Positions 9,704 through 18,039 of a stretch of DNA of 60,548 nucleotides are shown here, piece after piece. The stretch is from contig JBBIIL010000010.1 in the NCBI GenBank assembly GCA_037446495.1, forward strand, positions 1 through 60,548, written 5' to 3'. Position 1 is the first letter of the stretch; each line of letters starts with the position of its first letter. Source of the stretch: Chloroflexota bacterium (GTDB lineage Bacteria; Chloroflexota; Limnocylindria; Limnocylindrales; CSP1-4). Position numbers and translations under genes: made by a program. The notes under the pieces were generated by a model. It was not told where the DNA came from. It did no database searches and saw nothing but the letters and a program-made list of their open reading frames with translations.

Positions 9704-10297
9704 ATGCCGGCGTCCGGCACGGAGGACCCGGGCCTGTCCTTGGGCATGGTCCCAGAGGGCACCACCGAGCTGGGCATCGACATCATCAGGGTGGAGCGGA
9801 TCCGCGCCGCCCTGGAGAGGTTCGGCGACCGGTTCTCACGGCGTGTCCTGACGGACCTCGAGCGCCGATACGTCCGTGACCGGCCCGAGACGTTTGCCGG
9901 CCGCTGGGCAGCCAAGGAGGCCGTGTCCAAAGTGCTCGGCCTTGGCGTGCGGGGCATCGGCTGGCGTGACATCGAGGTTCAGCGCCTGCCCACCGGACAG
10001 CCGTCAGTTCGCCTCCACGGCCGCGCAGCGCAGCGAGCACAGCAGCTGGGCATGGGCAGGATTGCCCTCTCGATCACCCACGAGTCGGACTACGCGGTGG
10101 CGATCGCCTTCGGCGTCCGCACGGCGGGCGGCCGTTACGTCCTCCCCCTCGACATCGATGAGCGCATCGACGAGCGCGAGCGCAAGCTTCTGGGCCGCCT
10201 GGAGCGCCTCACCGCGCTCCACGAGGCCAGCCGGCGGGCTGGGGCGGCGGCCCCCGCAGGGAACCATGAGCGGCGCGAGGAGGACGCGGATGGCTGA
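9704..10297 (+). CDS. acpS: Holo-ACP synthase (4'-phosphopantetheinyl transferase) with C-terminal extension
   Basis: GIDIIRVERI and WAAKEAVSKVLG motifs. The core of about 125 aa is followed by a charged tail of about 65 aa. GGAG lies upstream of the ATG at 9704. Confidence 0.85.
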   Translation: MPASGTEDPGLSLGMVPEGTTELGIDIIRVERIRAALERFGDRFSRRVLTDLERRYVRDRPETFAGRWAAKEAVSKVLGLGVRGIGWRDIEVQRLPTGQPSVRLHGRAAQRAQQLGMGRIALSITHESDYAVAIAFGVRTAGGRYVLPLDIDERIDERERKLLGRLERLTALHEASRRAGAAAPAGNHERREEDADG

Positions 10298-11357
10298 CCG
10301 GCCGGTAGGGTTCGGGCGGCGCGAGCACGGCGGGACGGTCCCGCCGGCGGGCACAGCCAGGCTGGACGACGAATCCATGGCCCGGCTGCTCCCCGAGCGC
10401 AGCAAGCGGGCCCACAAGGGCACGTTCGGCAAGCTGCTCGTGATTGCCGGCTCGCTCGACTACGCCGGTGCCGCTCTGCTCGTCTGCCGGGCGTCCGGGC
10501 GTGCCGGTGCCGGGCTGGTCACCCTGGCTGTGCCCGAGTCGCTGCAGCCGCTGTTCGCCTCCAAGGTGGTCGAGGCCACCACGATGGCTCTCCCCGAGGA
10601 TGACGTCGAGGAGGTCGATCCCGAACCCGCGCTGGCTGCGATCCTCGACAACGAGCACGACGCGCTCGTGATCGGGCCCGGACTCCGGCCTTCGCTCGCT
10701 GGCGCGGACCTTCTGCGGCTGATCCTGACCCAGCCCGAGGAAGGCGTGAACCCGCCTGCGGTGGTCGATGCCGAGGCGCTCCGCACTCTGGCGTCGGTCG
10801 GGGAGTGGTGGGCCGGTGTCACGCGCCGGTGCGTGCTCACGCCACACACCGGGGAGTTCGCACGCCTCCGGGCGGGCAGCGGCCACGACCCGGCCGACGA
10901 CGGCGACCTCGGCGAGGACGACGAGGCGCGAGTGCGCGCCGCATCGGCGGCAGCCGCCGAGTGGAACCAGGTCGTCGTGCTCAAGGGCGCGAACACGGTG
11001 ATCGCCGCGCCCGACGGCGCCACCGCGATGGCCCCGTTCGAGAACCCAGCCATGGCCACTGGCGGCACCGGTGACGTGCTCGCCGGCACGATCGGCGCGC
11101 TGCTGGCCCAGGGCCTCCCGCCGTTCGACGCAGCGCGTCTCGGCGTCTACCTCCACGGCAACGCGGGCGAGCTGGTCCGCGATCGGCTGGGCGACGCGGG
11201 TCTGCTCGCGAGTGACCTGCCGGATGCGCTGCCGATGGTGCGCAAGCGGCTGGCGGGCATCGCTGAGCGGCTCCAGTCGGGCCGGAGGCTGGGCTTTGGG
11301 GCGCGTCACGGTCACGAAGACGACGGCGGCACGCTCGAGCCGGGCACCGACGCCTGA
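10290..11357 (+). CDS. nnrD: ADP-dependent NAD(P)H-hydrate dehydratase (YjeF C-terminal domain only)
   Basis: Internal ATG at 10290 of ORF 9876..11357 overlaps the acpS stop (ATGGCTGA). Motifs HKGTFGKLLVIAGSLDYAGAALL and GGTGDVLAG. An in-frame ATG at 10266 is an alternative start. Confidence 0.85.
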   Translation: MADRPVGFGRREHGGTVPPAGTARLDDESMARLLPERSKRAHKGTFGKLLVIAGSLDYAGAALLVCRASGRAGAGLVTLAVPESLQPLFASKVVEATTMALPEDDVEEVDPEPALAAILDNEHDALVIGPGLRPSLAGADLLRLILTQPEEGVNPPAVVDAEALRTLASVGEWWAGVTRRCVLTPHTGEFARLRAGSGHDPADDGDLGEDDEARVRAASAAAAEWNQVVVLKGANTVIAAPDGATAMAPFENPAMATGGTGDVLAGTIGALLAQGLPPFDAARLGVYLHGNAGELVRDRLGDAGLLASDLPDALPMVRKRLAGIAERLQSGRRLGFGARHGHEDDGGTLEPGTDA

Positions 11358-11364
11358 CCTCACG

Positions 11365-12633
11365 ATGGTGACGGAGCAGCCGACACAACGGCGGACCCCC
11401 ATCGAGCAGCGACTGCGCGCCGCGGGCCTCGCGCCGCTGGCCCGCCACGCGTGGCTCGAGATCGACCTCGACGCGCTGCGCTGGAACCTGGCCGCACTGC
11501 GTGCGGCGGTGGGCCCCGCCGTGCGCGTGGAGCCGGTGGTCAAGGCCGACGCGTACGGTCACGGCGCAGTCGAGGTGGCGCTGGCGCTCGAGGCGGCCGG
11601 CGCCGACGGACTCTCGGTGGCCACGATGGACGAGGCGGTGGAGCTGCGGGACGCTGCGGTGGCGCTCCCACTGCTCGTGCTCTACCCAGTGCCCGTGACC
11701 TGGCTGAACGAGGCCGCCCGGCGGGGGATTGCGGTGGCGCTCGGTGCCGGAGCGGCGGCGGACGAGACCCTCGCCCGGGCGCGGGCAGCCGCCGGGACGG
11801 GTGCCCCCCAGCTTGGGGTGCACCTCGAGGTGGAGACCGGCCTCGGGCGCGGCGGCGTGCTGCCGGAGGACGTGGCACGGGCGATTGACGCCGTGCTCGC
11901 CACCCCGGGCGTTCGACTCGACGGCGTGTGGACCCATCTCGCGGCCGCTGACGACAACGCGCGCACGATTGAGCAGGACCGCCGGTTCACGGCCGCCATG
12001 ACGCCCCTCGCCGACGCGGTGGCGCGGGTCCTTGGACCGGCGTCCGGTGTTCGACGGCACCTCGCAGGGAGCGGCGGCGTCCTGGGTGACGCGGTGCCGC
12101 GCTGGGATGCGGTCCGGACCGGCTTGTCAGTCTACGGGCTCGTCCCCGACGCCCTGGTGCCGCCGTCCTCGACCGCGCCGGCGGCTCGGGCGCTGCGGCC
12201 GGTCATGGCGGCGTATGCGCGCCCGGTGCGCGTGCTCGAACTGCCCGAGGGCCACGGCGTCTCGTACGGGCCCACGTTCGTGACGACACGTCCCAGCCGC
12301 ATCGCCACGCTGCCCATCGGCTACGCGGACGGCTGGCGCCGCTACCTGTCGGACCGTTCCTGTGCGCTCGTCCGGGGCGTTCGCGTGCCGCTGGTGGGCC
12401 GGGTGGCGATGGACGCGGTCATGGCGGACGTGACCGACGTGCCCGGCGAACCGGTGACAGAGCGCGACGAATTCGTGCTGCTGGGGGAGCAGGGCGAGGA
12501 GCGGATCACCGCCTTTGAGCTTGCCGCGACTGGCGGGACGATCAGCTACGAGGTCCTGACGGGGATGTCCCGCCGACTGGCCCGGGTGTACCATGCCGCC
12601 GGTTCGCCCGTGGGGGTCCGTACCCTCGTCTAG
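11365..12633 (+). CDS. alr: Alanine racemase
   Basis: Internal ATG at 11365 of ORF 11071..12633. PLP-lysine motif VVKADAYGHG and C-terminal YEVLTGMSRRL. Confidence 0.92.
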   Translation: MVTEQPTQRRTPIEQRLRAAGLAPLARHAWLEIDLDALRWNLAALRAAVGPAVRVEPVVKADAYGHGAVEVALALEAAGADGLSVATMDEAVELRDAAVALPLLVLYPVPVTWLNEAARRGIAVALGAGAAADETLARARAAAGTGAPQLGVHLEVETGLGRGGVLPEDVARAIDAVLATPGVRLDGVWTHLAAADDNARTIEQDRRFTAAMTPLADAVARVLGPASGVRRHLAGSGGVLGDAVPRWDAVRTGLSVYGLVPDALVPPSSTAPAARALRPVMAAYARPVRVLELPEGHGVSYGPTFVTTRPSRIATLPIGYADGWRRYLSDRSCALVRGVRVPLVGRVAMDAVMADVTDVPGEPVTERDEFVLLGEQGEERITAFELAATGGTISYEVLTGMSRRLARVYHAAGSPVGVRTLV

Positions 12634-12643
12634 GGGAGGCCGA

Positions 12644-13201
12644 GTGGCCAAGATCGAGCTGTGGAACGGGGACATCTGCGACCTGGAGGTCGACGCGATC
12701 GTGAGCCCCGCAGCCACCTCGCTGTGGATGAGCGCCGGCGTTGCAGGCGAGATCAAGCGGGCCGGGGGCGATTCCATCGAGTTCGCCGCGGTCCGTCAGG
12801 GTCCCGCCCGGCTCGGCGATGCCATCGTGACTCCGGCCGGGCGCCTCGCCGCCCGGGTGGTGATCCACGCCGTGTCCCTCGAGCGAGACCGGCGCACCAG
12901 CGGCCCCGCCATCGACGCTGCCGCCCGCGGTGCGCTGCGCCGGGCCGCCGAGCTGGGCCTCGTCAGCATCGCGTTCCCGGCCCTCGGCACGGGCATCGGC
13001 GGGTTCCCGCTCGACGACGCCGCCCGGATCGCGGTCGAGGCCGTCCGCGATGAGCTCAACGAGCCGACCTCGGTGGAGCATGTGGTCTTCGCGCTGCGCG
13101 GTGGCGCCGTCTACGAGGCGTTCGCGCGAGCCCTCACAGCGACGGAGCCCGTGCCCTCGCGGTCGCTGCTGGAGCCGCGTTCGGCGGGGGACCTGTCGTG
13201 A
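12644..13201 (+). CDS. Macro-domain protein (ADP-ribose binding/hydrolase-like), variant motif
   Basis: GTG at 12644 is preceded by GGGAGG. GDICDLEVDAIVSPAATSL, AGVAGEI and SIAFPALGTGIGGFP align to MacroD/YmdB-type macro domains. Confidence 0.8.
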   Translation: MAKIELWNGDICDLEVDAIVSPAATSLWMSAGVAGEIKRAGGDSIEFAAVRQGPARLGDAIVTPAGRLAARVVIHAVSLERDRRTSGPAIDAAARGALRRAAELGLVSIAFPALGTGIGGFPLDDAARIAVEAVRDELNEPTSVEHVVFALRGGAVYEAFARALTATEPVPSRSLLEPRSAGDLS

Positions 13202-13488
13202 CCTTCAACCTCGAGCCGGTGGACGAGCGCCGTGAGGCGCTGGTCGAGGCCGTGGCGCGCGAGATCCGCCTGCGCGGGCTGACCGGGCCCGCTGTGCACT
13301 TCCTCGAGGCGAGCCGGCCGTACCGCCCCCTCGGTGCGCCGGCGATGCTGTTCTTCGACCGGGGCGTGCGCGAGCTGTTCGGCGGCGAGACGCCGTCGGC
13401 CACCGAGCTCCTGCGCGACGACATCGGCATCGAGGCGCTCATCGACCGCCTGGAGGACCTGGACGAACCCGACAGCTGGGATGCCTAG
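13198..13488 (+). CDS. Hypothetical small acidic protein (96 aa)
   Basis: GTG at 13198 overlaps the macro-domain stop (GTGA), which suggests translational coupling. I recognise no family. Confidence 0.5.
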   Translation: MTFNLEPVDERREALVEAVAREIRLRGLTGPAVHFLEASRPYRPLGAPAMLFFDRGVRELFGGETPSATELLRDDIGIEALIDRLEDLDEPDSWDA

Positions 13489-13537
13489 GAACGTGCCGAG
13501 GTCAAGGGCTTGCGGCGATCCGCGGATTGGGTGGCGC

Positions 13538-13546
13538 TGCTAGCAT
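13538..13546 (+). promoter_or_regulatory. Putative extended -10 TGCTAGCAT, 7 nt upstream of GTG 13554 (leaderless candidate)
   Basis: TG at 13538-13539, TAGCAT at 13541-13546, then CGGGTCG, then the in-frame GTG at 13554. Confidence 0.35.
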
Positions 13547-13553
13547 CGGGTCG

Positions 13554-15161
13554 GTGAGCAGCCCGGCAAGCGTCTTCGCCACGGTGGATCGCGGGACCGC
13601 CTCGACGGCGGTCGCACTGATCGGTCGGGCGGGCGGACGCCATCGCCTGCTCGGCGCGACTGGCGGGCCGGCGGGCGTGTCGGCCGAGGCACTGCTGGAG
13701 CGGGTGCGCCGCCGGATCGCGGCCGCGGACCCCGACCTCGCAGAGGCGCTCGGCATCGACCAGCCGGGATGTGTCGCCGAGCTGCCACGCCTCATGTGCG
13801 TGACATCCCAGGCCCCCGAGCTTGCCGTGATCGCCGCCACCGAGCGCGTCCTGCGGCCCTTGGCGGCCGTCGCCGCGACGGCGGGCTGGCACGTGCGCGA
13901 GCTGGTGGTCGAGGGTGCCGAGATCCTCAAGGTGGCCACCTCGCTCGCGGACCGGCACGTGGACGCGATCCTCGCCGGGTCTGCCGAGCCGCCCGGCGCG
14001 GACGAGCGCAGCCTGATTGGCGAGCTGGGGACGATGGTCGCCGCGGCGACCGAACGCCGACCGGACCTCGTCACGGTGCTTGCGGGCGGACTCGCCGCGC
14101 CAGGCGGCCGCACCGAGGCTCTGTTCCGGCCCGATCGGCCGGGGCCCACAGTGCTCGCGCCGTCGCCGCTCGACGATCACGGCGAGCCGCTCCGCCTGCT
14201 GCTCGACAGCCTCCGCGGTGGAAGTGACGACGGACGGCGGGCACTGGCCGTGGCTGCGGGCTCCCTCGCGCGGGTGCTTCGGCGACGCGTCGAGGTGCTC
14301 GAGATCGGCCAGTCGGGCGGGTCGCGCACCCTGGCGTCGTGGCAGCCCGGGGCCGAGTCCGCGGTGCGGACGGCTGTCGTCGCCCGCGCCGCGCTCCTGC
14401 CGCGCTCGTTCACCGAGAAGGACCTCGACCACGTCATCGGCTGGCTGCCCATCTCGCTCGACCGCCTGCGGACCCGCGACCGGCTCCGCGAGATGGCGAT
14501 TGCACCCTGGGGCGACGCCTGCGGCGAGGGCGCTGTGCTGCGGATGGCCGCGGTGCGGGCGGCCACTGGCCGGCTCCTCGAGCTGACGCCGGCGTTCGAC
14601 GCACTGCCGGCGCCGGACCTCCTCATCGCGTCCGGCGGGGCCTGGCTGGCGGCACCCGCGACCGCAACGATTCTGGCCGTGGCTGACGTCGCACGGCGGC
14701 CGGGTGCCCGGGCCGTGGGCCTGGACCACGCGCGGGTGCTGGCGCCGATCGGGACGATCGAGGACGAGGAGGAACGCGCGCGCCTGCTGGCCGACCTGCG
14801 GGATGATCTGCTGGTGCCGCTCGGGACCGTCGTCACCGCGGCTGGGCTGCGGTCGGCGCGGAGCGCGGGCGTGCTCACCGTGCACGGCCCGGGCGATCCG
14901 ATCGAGGTGGACCTCGTGCCGGGCGGCCTGGAGTTGATGGACGTTCCGCCCGGCGGCCGCGCGACGGTGGAGTTTCGGTTCCGGGAGCCGGTGGATCTCG
15001 GCGTGCGCGCCCGCCACCTCGCGATCGACGTCACGGGTGGGCTCGGTGGGCTGGTCGTGGACCTGCGAGACGTGCCGCTCCGGCTGCCTGACCGGCTTGA
15101 GCCGCGGCGCGAGCTGCTGGCGAGCTGGCAGGCCGCGGTCTGGCCGGGGTTCGACCAGTGA
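13554..15161 (+). CDS. Hypothetical protein, possible actin-like (ASKHA) ATPase fold; family not confidently recognised
   Basis: ORF 13527..15161 (TTG start). I prefer GTG 13554 because of the -10 box. N-terminal ATVDRGTASTAVALIG resembles an ASKHA phosphate-1 motif. AILAGSAEPPGAD and LLIASGGAW loosely recall GlmL/EutA-type proteins. Confidence 0.6.
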   Translation: MSSPASVFATVDRGTASTAVALIGRAGGRHRLLGATGGPAGVSAEALLERVRRRIAAADPDLAEALGIDQPGCVAELPRLMCVTSQAPELAVIAATERVLRPLAAVAATAGWHVRELVVEGAEILKVATSLADRHVDAILAGSAEPPGADERSLIGELGTMVAAATERRPDLVTVLAGGLAAPGGRTEALFRPDRPGPTVLAPSPLDDHGEPLRLLLDSLRGGSDDGRRALAVAAGSLARVLRRRVEVLEIGQSGGSRTLASWQPGAESAVRTAVVARAALLPRSFTEKDLDHVIGWLPISLDRLRTRDRLREMAIAPWGDACGEGAVLRMAAVRAATGRLLELTPAFDALPAPDLLIASGGAWLAAPATATILAVADVARRPGARAVGLDHARVLAPIGTIEDEEERARLLADLRDDLLVPLGTVVTAAGLRSARSAGVLTVHGPGDPIEVDLVPGGLELMDVPPGGRATVEFRFREPVDLGVRARHLAIDVTGGLGGLVVDLRDVPLRLPDRLEPRRELLASWQAAVWPGFDQ

Positions 15162-16183
15162 GCGGCGCCCCGACGTCCCGGGCGTGGCTCGACGAGCTTC
15201 CGTTGCGCCGGCTGGTGCTGACGGGCCTCGAGACAGCCATACCCTTGCTCCCCGGCGATCGGCCGCTCGTCGAGCCGGGAACCTCAGTCCTCCCCGGCGA
15301 TCTCCTGCTCGAGCACGTGCGCGACCGGCGGGTGGAGGTGGTGGACGTGCGCGCGCCCGCGGGCGAACGGCCGCTCGCCGGCGGGCGCTGGGCGCCGGTA
15401 CCGGGGCGGCGCCGCGCAGAGGGCCAGGGCGACGGCGAGCTCCTGTCGCCGATCCCCGGCAAGTCGACGCGGTGGCGCCTCGTGACGGGCGAGCACCGAG
15501 CGCAGGTCACGTCCTCGGTTGCCGGGATCGTGATCGAGGTGCGACCGGGCGCGATGATCCGACTGCGGATCGAGGGGCTGGCGCTCCGCGGCGCGTTCGC
15601 GGCGGGCACATCGGCGCGCGGGCGGCTCGAGCTCGCGACCGACCCGTTCGGCGACCTGCGGCCCGGCGGGATCGACGTGGGCCGGACGGGGAGCATCCTC
15701 GTGGTGGGGTCGCGCATCGATGCCGAGGCGCTCACGCGGGCGCGGGCCATGGGCGTGCACGGGATCGTGGCGGCGGCGATCGCCGGCAAGGACGTGCGCG
15801 ACTTCCAGGCGTCCGAGCGCCGGCAGCGGGCCGCCCTGCACGTGCCGGAGCCCTTTGGCGTGCTCGCGCTTGACGGGGCGCTCAAGCGGCCGATCGCCAC
15901 GCCGGTCGCGGCGCTCCTGGAGCGGCTCGCCGGGCGCGAGGTGGCGCTGCTCGTGGACCCCCCCGCGCTCGTGTTCGACGGGACGGGCATCGACCTGCCC
16001 GAGGTCGCGCCCGACTGGGTCCGCGTCAGCTCCGGCCCGAACCTTGGGGCCGAGGGCCGGATCCTCGAGCTCGTGGGCCTGCGCCGCTTCGCCGGCGGCG
16101 TGCATTTGGAGGCCGCGCGGGTCGAGCTGGACGGCGAGCCGCCGATCGAGATGCCCTTGGGCGACCTCGAGCGCCTGGGCTGA
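15158..16183 (+). CDS. Hypothetical protein (341 aa)
   Basis: GTG at 15158 overlaps the upstream stop (GTGA). Codon pattern is coding-like. I recognise no family. The N-terminus has barrel-sandwich-like strings (VEPGTSVLPGDLLLEH, VAGIVIEVRPGAMIRL). Confidence 0.6.
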   Translation: MSGAPTSRAWLDELPLRRLVLTGLETAIPLLPGDRPLVEPGTSVLPGDLLLEHVRDRRVEVVDVRAPAGERPLAGGRWAPVPGRRRAEGQGDGELLSPIPGKSTRWRLVTGEHRAQVTSSVAGIVIEVRPGAMIRLRIEGLALRGAFAAGTSARGRLELATDPFGDLRPGGIDVGRTGSILVVGSRIDAEALTRARAMGVHGIVAAAIAGKDVRDFQASERRQRAALHVPEPFGVLALDGALKRPIATPVAALLERLAGREVALLVDPPALVFDGTGIDLPEVAPDWVRVSSGPNLGAEGRILELVGLRRFAGGVHLEAARVELDGEPPIEMPLGDLERLG

Positions 16184-16290
16184 ACCACGCGCAGGACGGC
16201 GTCAGACCCGTCCGCTGCTCCCGGGATTGTCGCCCACTGGTGAGCGTGTCTCGCGCGGCCGTGGGCGCCGCACCGTGATGGCGCTTCGGC

Positions 16291-16296
16291 TACCCT
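16291..16296 (+). promoter_or_regulatory. Putative -10 box TACCCT, 8 nt upstream of the tsaE ATG
   Basis: TACCCT at 16291-16296; ATG at 16305. Confidence 0.3.
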
Positions 16297-16304
16297 CGGG
16301 CGTG

Positions 16305-16778
16305 ATGTCCCATCTCGCCGTCCGCGAGCGTGTCGTCGTGACGCGCGATCCTGCGGCCACCCGCGATCTCGCCGCCCGGCTGGCCAGCGCCGCCCGCCCG
16401 GGCGATCTGCTGTGCCTCGTGGGCGATCTCGGCGCGGGCAAGACGCAGTTCGCGAAGGGGTTCGCGGTGGGCCTCGGCATCGACGATGTCGTGAGCTCGC
16501 CCACGTTCGTGCTGATGGCCGAGTACGCAGGCCGCCTGCCGATGTTCCACGTGGACCTGTACCGCCTCGCCGACGCGGCCGATGCGCTCGCGGGCGGGCT
16601 GATCGACGAGCGTCAGCTTGAGGGTGTGGCACTGGTTGAGTGGGCAGAGCGGCTGGGCGAGGCGCTGCCGGCGGCGCGCCTTGACGTCCTGATCGACGGC
16701 GCGGGCGACGACGAGCGGCGCATCACCCTGCGCACGGGCGCGGAAGACTACGCTCGCTATCTCGAGGCGGCGGCATGA
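16305..16778 (+). CDS. tsaE: tRNA t6A37 biosynthesis ATPase TsaE
   Basis: Internal ATG at 16305 of ORF 15720..16778 (alternative ATG at 16278). P-loop GDLGAGKTQFAKG, SPTF and HVDLYRL. Confidence 0.9.
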   Translation: MSHLAVRERVVVTRDPAATRDLAARLASAARPGDLLCLVGDLGAGKTQFAKGFAVGLGIDDVVSSPTFVLMAEYAGRLPMFHVDLYRLADAADALAGGLIDERQLEGVALVEWAERLGEALPAARLDVLIDGAGDDERRITLRTGAEDYARYLEAAA

Positions 16779-17473
16779 CCGCCGGCGGGCCGATCCTGCT
16801 CATCGACACCGCCACCACGCAGGCGGTCATCGCGCTGGGCGCGACCGACGGGACACTGCTCGAGCAGCGGCGGTGGACGGCTGGCTACCGCCACGGCGAG
16901 GAGCTCCTGGTCCGCATCGCCGGGCTGCTCGCCGACCGGGGCGTGACGCTGGCGGACCTGGGCGCGATCGCCGTGGGCACCGGCCCTGGCGCGTTCACGG
17001 GCCTGCGCGTCGGGATCGCCACGGCCAAGGGGCTCGCCCACGCGCTTCGCCTCCCGATCGTGGGCGTCGCGACGGGCCGCTCGCTCCTCGACGCCGTACG
17101 GGCCGCGATGCCGCCCGCCGGAACGCCGGTGCTGCTGCAGCCCGCCGGCCCCAACGACCGCGTGATGGTCCGCACCGAGGAAGCGGCGCGGATCCTGCCG
17201 GGCGGGACGGATCCCGACCTGGCCGCGGGCGAGCGCCTCGTGGCCGTGGATCTTGCTGGGCGGGCGGACGCAGACGCCGTGCGGCTCGGCGAGGCCGCCG
17301 TGGACGGGCTGGCGGCCGCGATGCTGACGAGCGCGGCGCGGCGCATCGCGGCCGACGATGCCGACGATCTCGCGACGCTCGTCCCGGAGTACGTCACGCT
17401 CCCGCGCGGGGTGCGCATGCCGCCGACCGACGCGGGCGTCGAGCTGAGCGGGGCGAAGGGGGACGGGGGATGA
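16775..17473 (+). CDS. tsaB: tRNA t6A37 biosynthesis protein TsaB
   Basis: ATGA overlap with tsaE. Motifs LLIDTAT and GTGPGAFTGLRVGIATAKGLA. Confidence 0.9.
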   Translation: MTAGGPILLIDTATTQAVIALGATDGTLLEQRRWTAGYRHGEELLVRIAGLLADRGVTLADLGAIAVGTGPGAFTGLRVGIATAKGLAHALRLPIVGVATGRSLLDAVRAAMPPAGTPVLLQPAGPNDRVMVRTEEAARILPGGTDPDLAAGERLVAVDLAGRADADAVRLGEAAVDGLAAAMLTSAARRIAADDADDLATLVPEYVTLPRGVRMPPTDAGVELSGAKGDGG

Positions 17474-18039
17474 GCGCGACCGCCCCCGTCCTCCTCATCC
17501 GCCCGATGCGCGTGGACGATCTCGTCGCCGTCCAGTCGATCGAGCGGTCCTCGTTCACCACGCCGTGGCCGGCGCAGGCGTACCGCCAGGAGATCGAGAC
17601 CAACCGGCTCGCGCAGTACCTCGTGGCGCTGATGGGCGACGAGGTCGTCGCGTACGGCGGCATCTGGCTCATGGTGGACGAGGCGCACATCACCACGTTC
17701 GCGGTCCACCGGCGGTACCGCCGCCGACGCATCGGAGAGCGGCTGCTGATTGCCCTCATCGACCTCGCCCGCGAGCGCAGAGCGCGCGAGGCCACGCTCG
17801 AGGTGCGCCTGTCCAACCTGCCGGCGCGACGCCTGTACGAGAAGTACGGCTTCCGCCCTGTCGGCATCCGGCCGCGCTATTACAGCGACAACAACGAGGA
17901 CGCGCTGATCATGACCACCGAGCCGCTCGAGCTGCCGGCGATGCGCGAGCGGATCGCTCGGCTTCAGGCCGAGCTGGACGCGTCGCCCGCCCCGTCATCC
18001 GTGCCCGACGACATGGACTCGGCGGGGCAGCTCCGGTGA
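17470..18039 (+). CDS. rimI: Ribosomal-protein-alanine N-acetyltransferase (GNAT)
   Basis: ATGA overlap with tsaB. Motifs SFTTPWPAQAYRQE, RRRRIGERLL and ARRLYEKYGF. Confidence 0.9.
   Translation: MSATAPVLLIRPMRVDDLVAVQSIERSSFTTPWPAQAYRQEIETNRLAQYLVALMGDEVVAYGGIWLMVDEAHITTFAVHRRYRRRRIGERLLIALIDLARERRAREATLEVRLSNLPARRLYEKYGFRPVGIRPRYYSDNNEDALIMTTEPLELPAMRERIARLQAELDASPAPSSVPDDMDSAGQLR

Noticed and set aside
12644-13488. Macro domain plus small downstream gene as a DarT/DarG-like toxin-antitoxin pair.
   Set aside because: The 96-aa acidic neighbour shows no ADP-ribosyltransferase-like strings and is too small. The macro protein is a stand-alone MacroD-like domain without the DarG C-terminal part.
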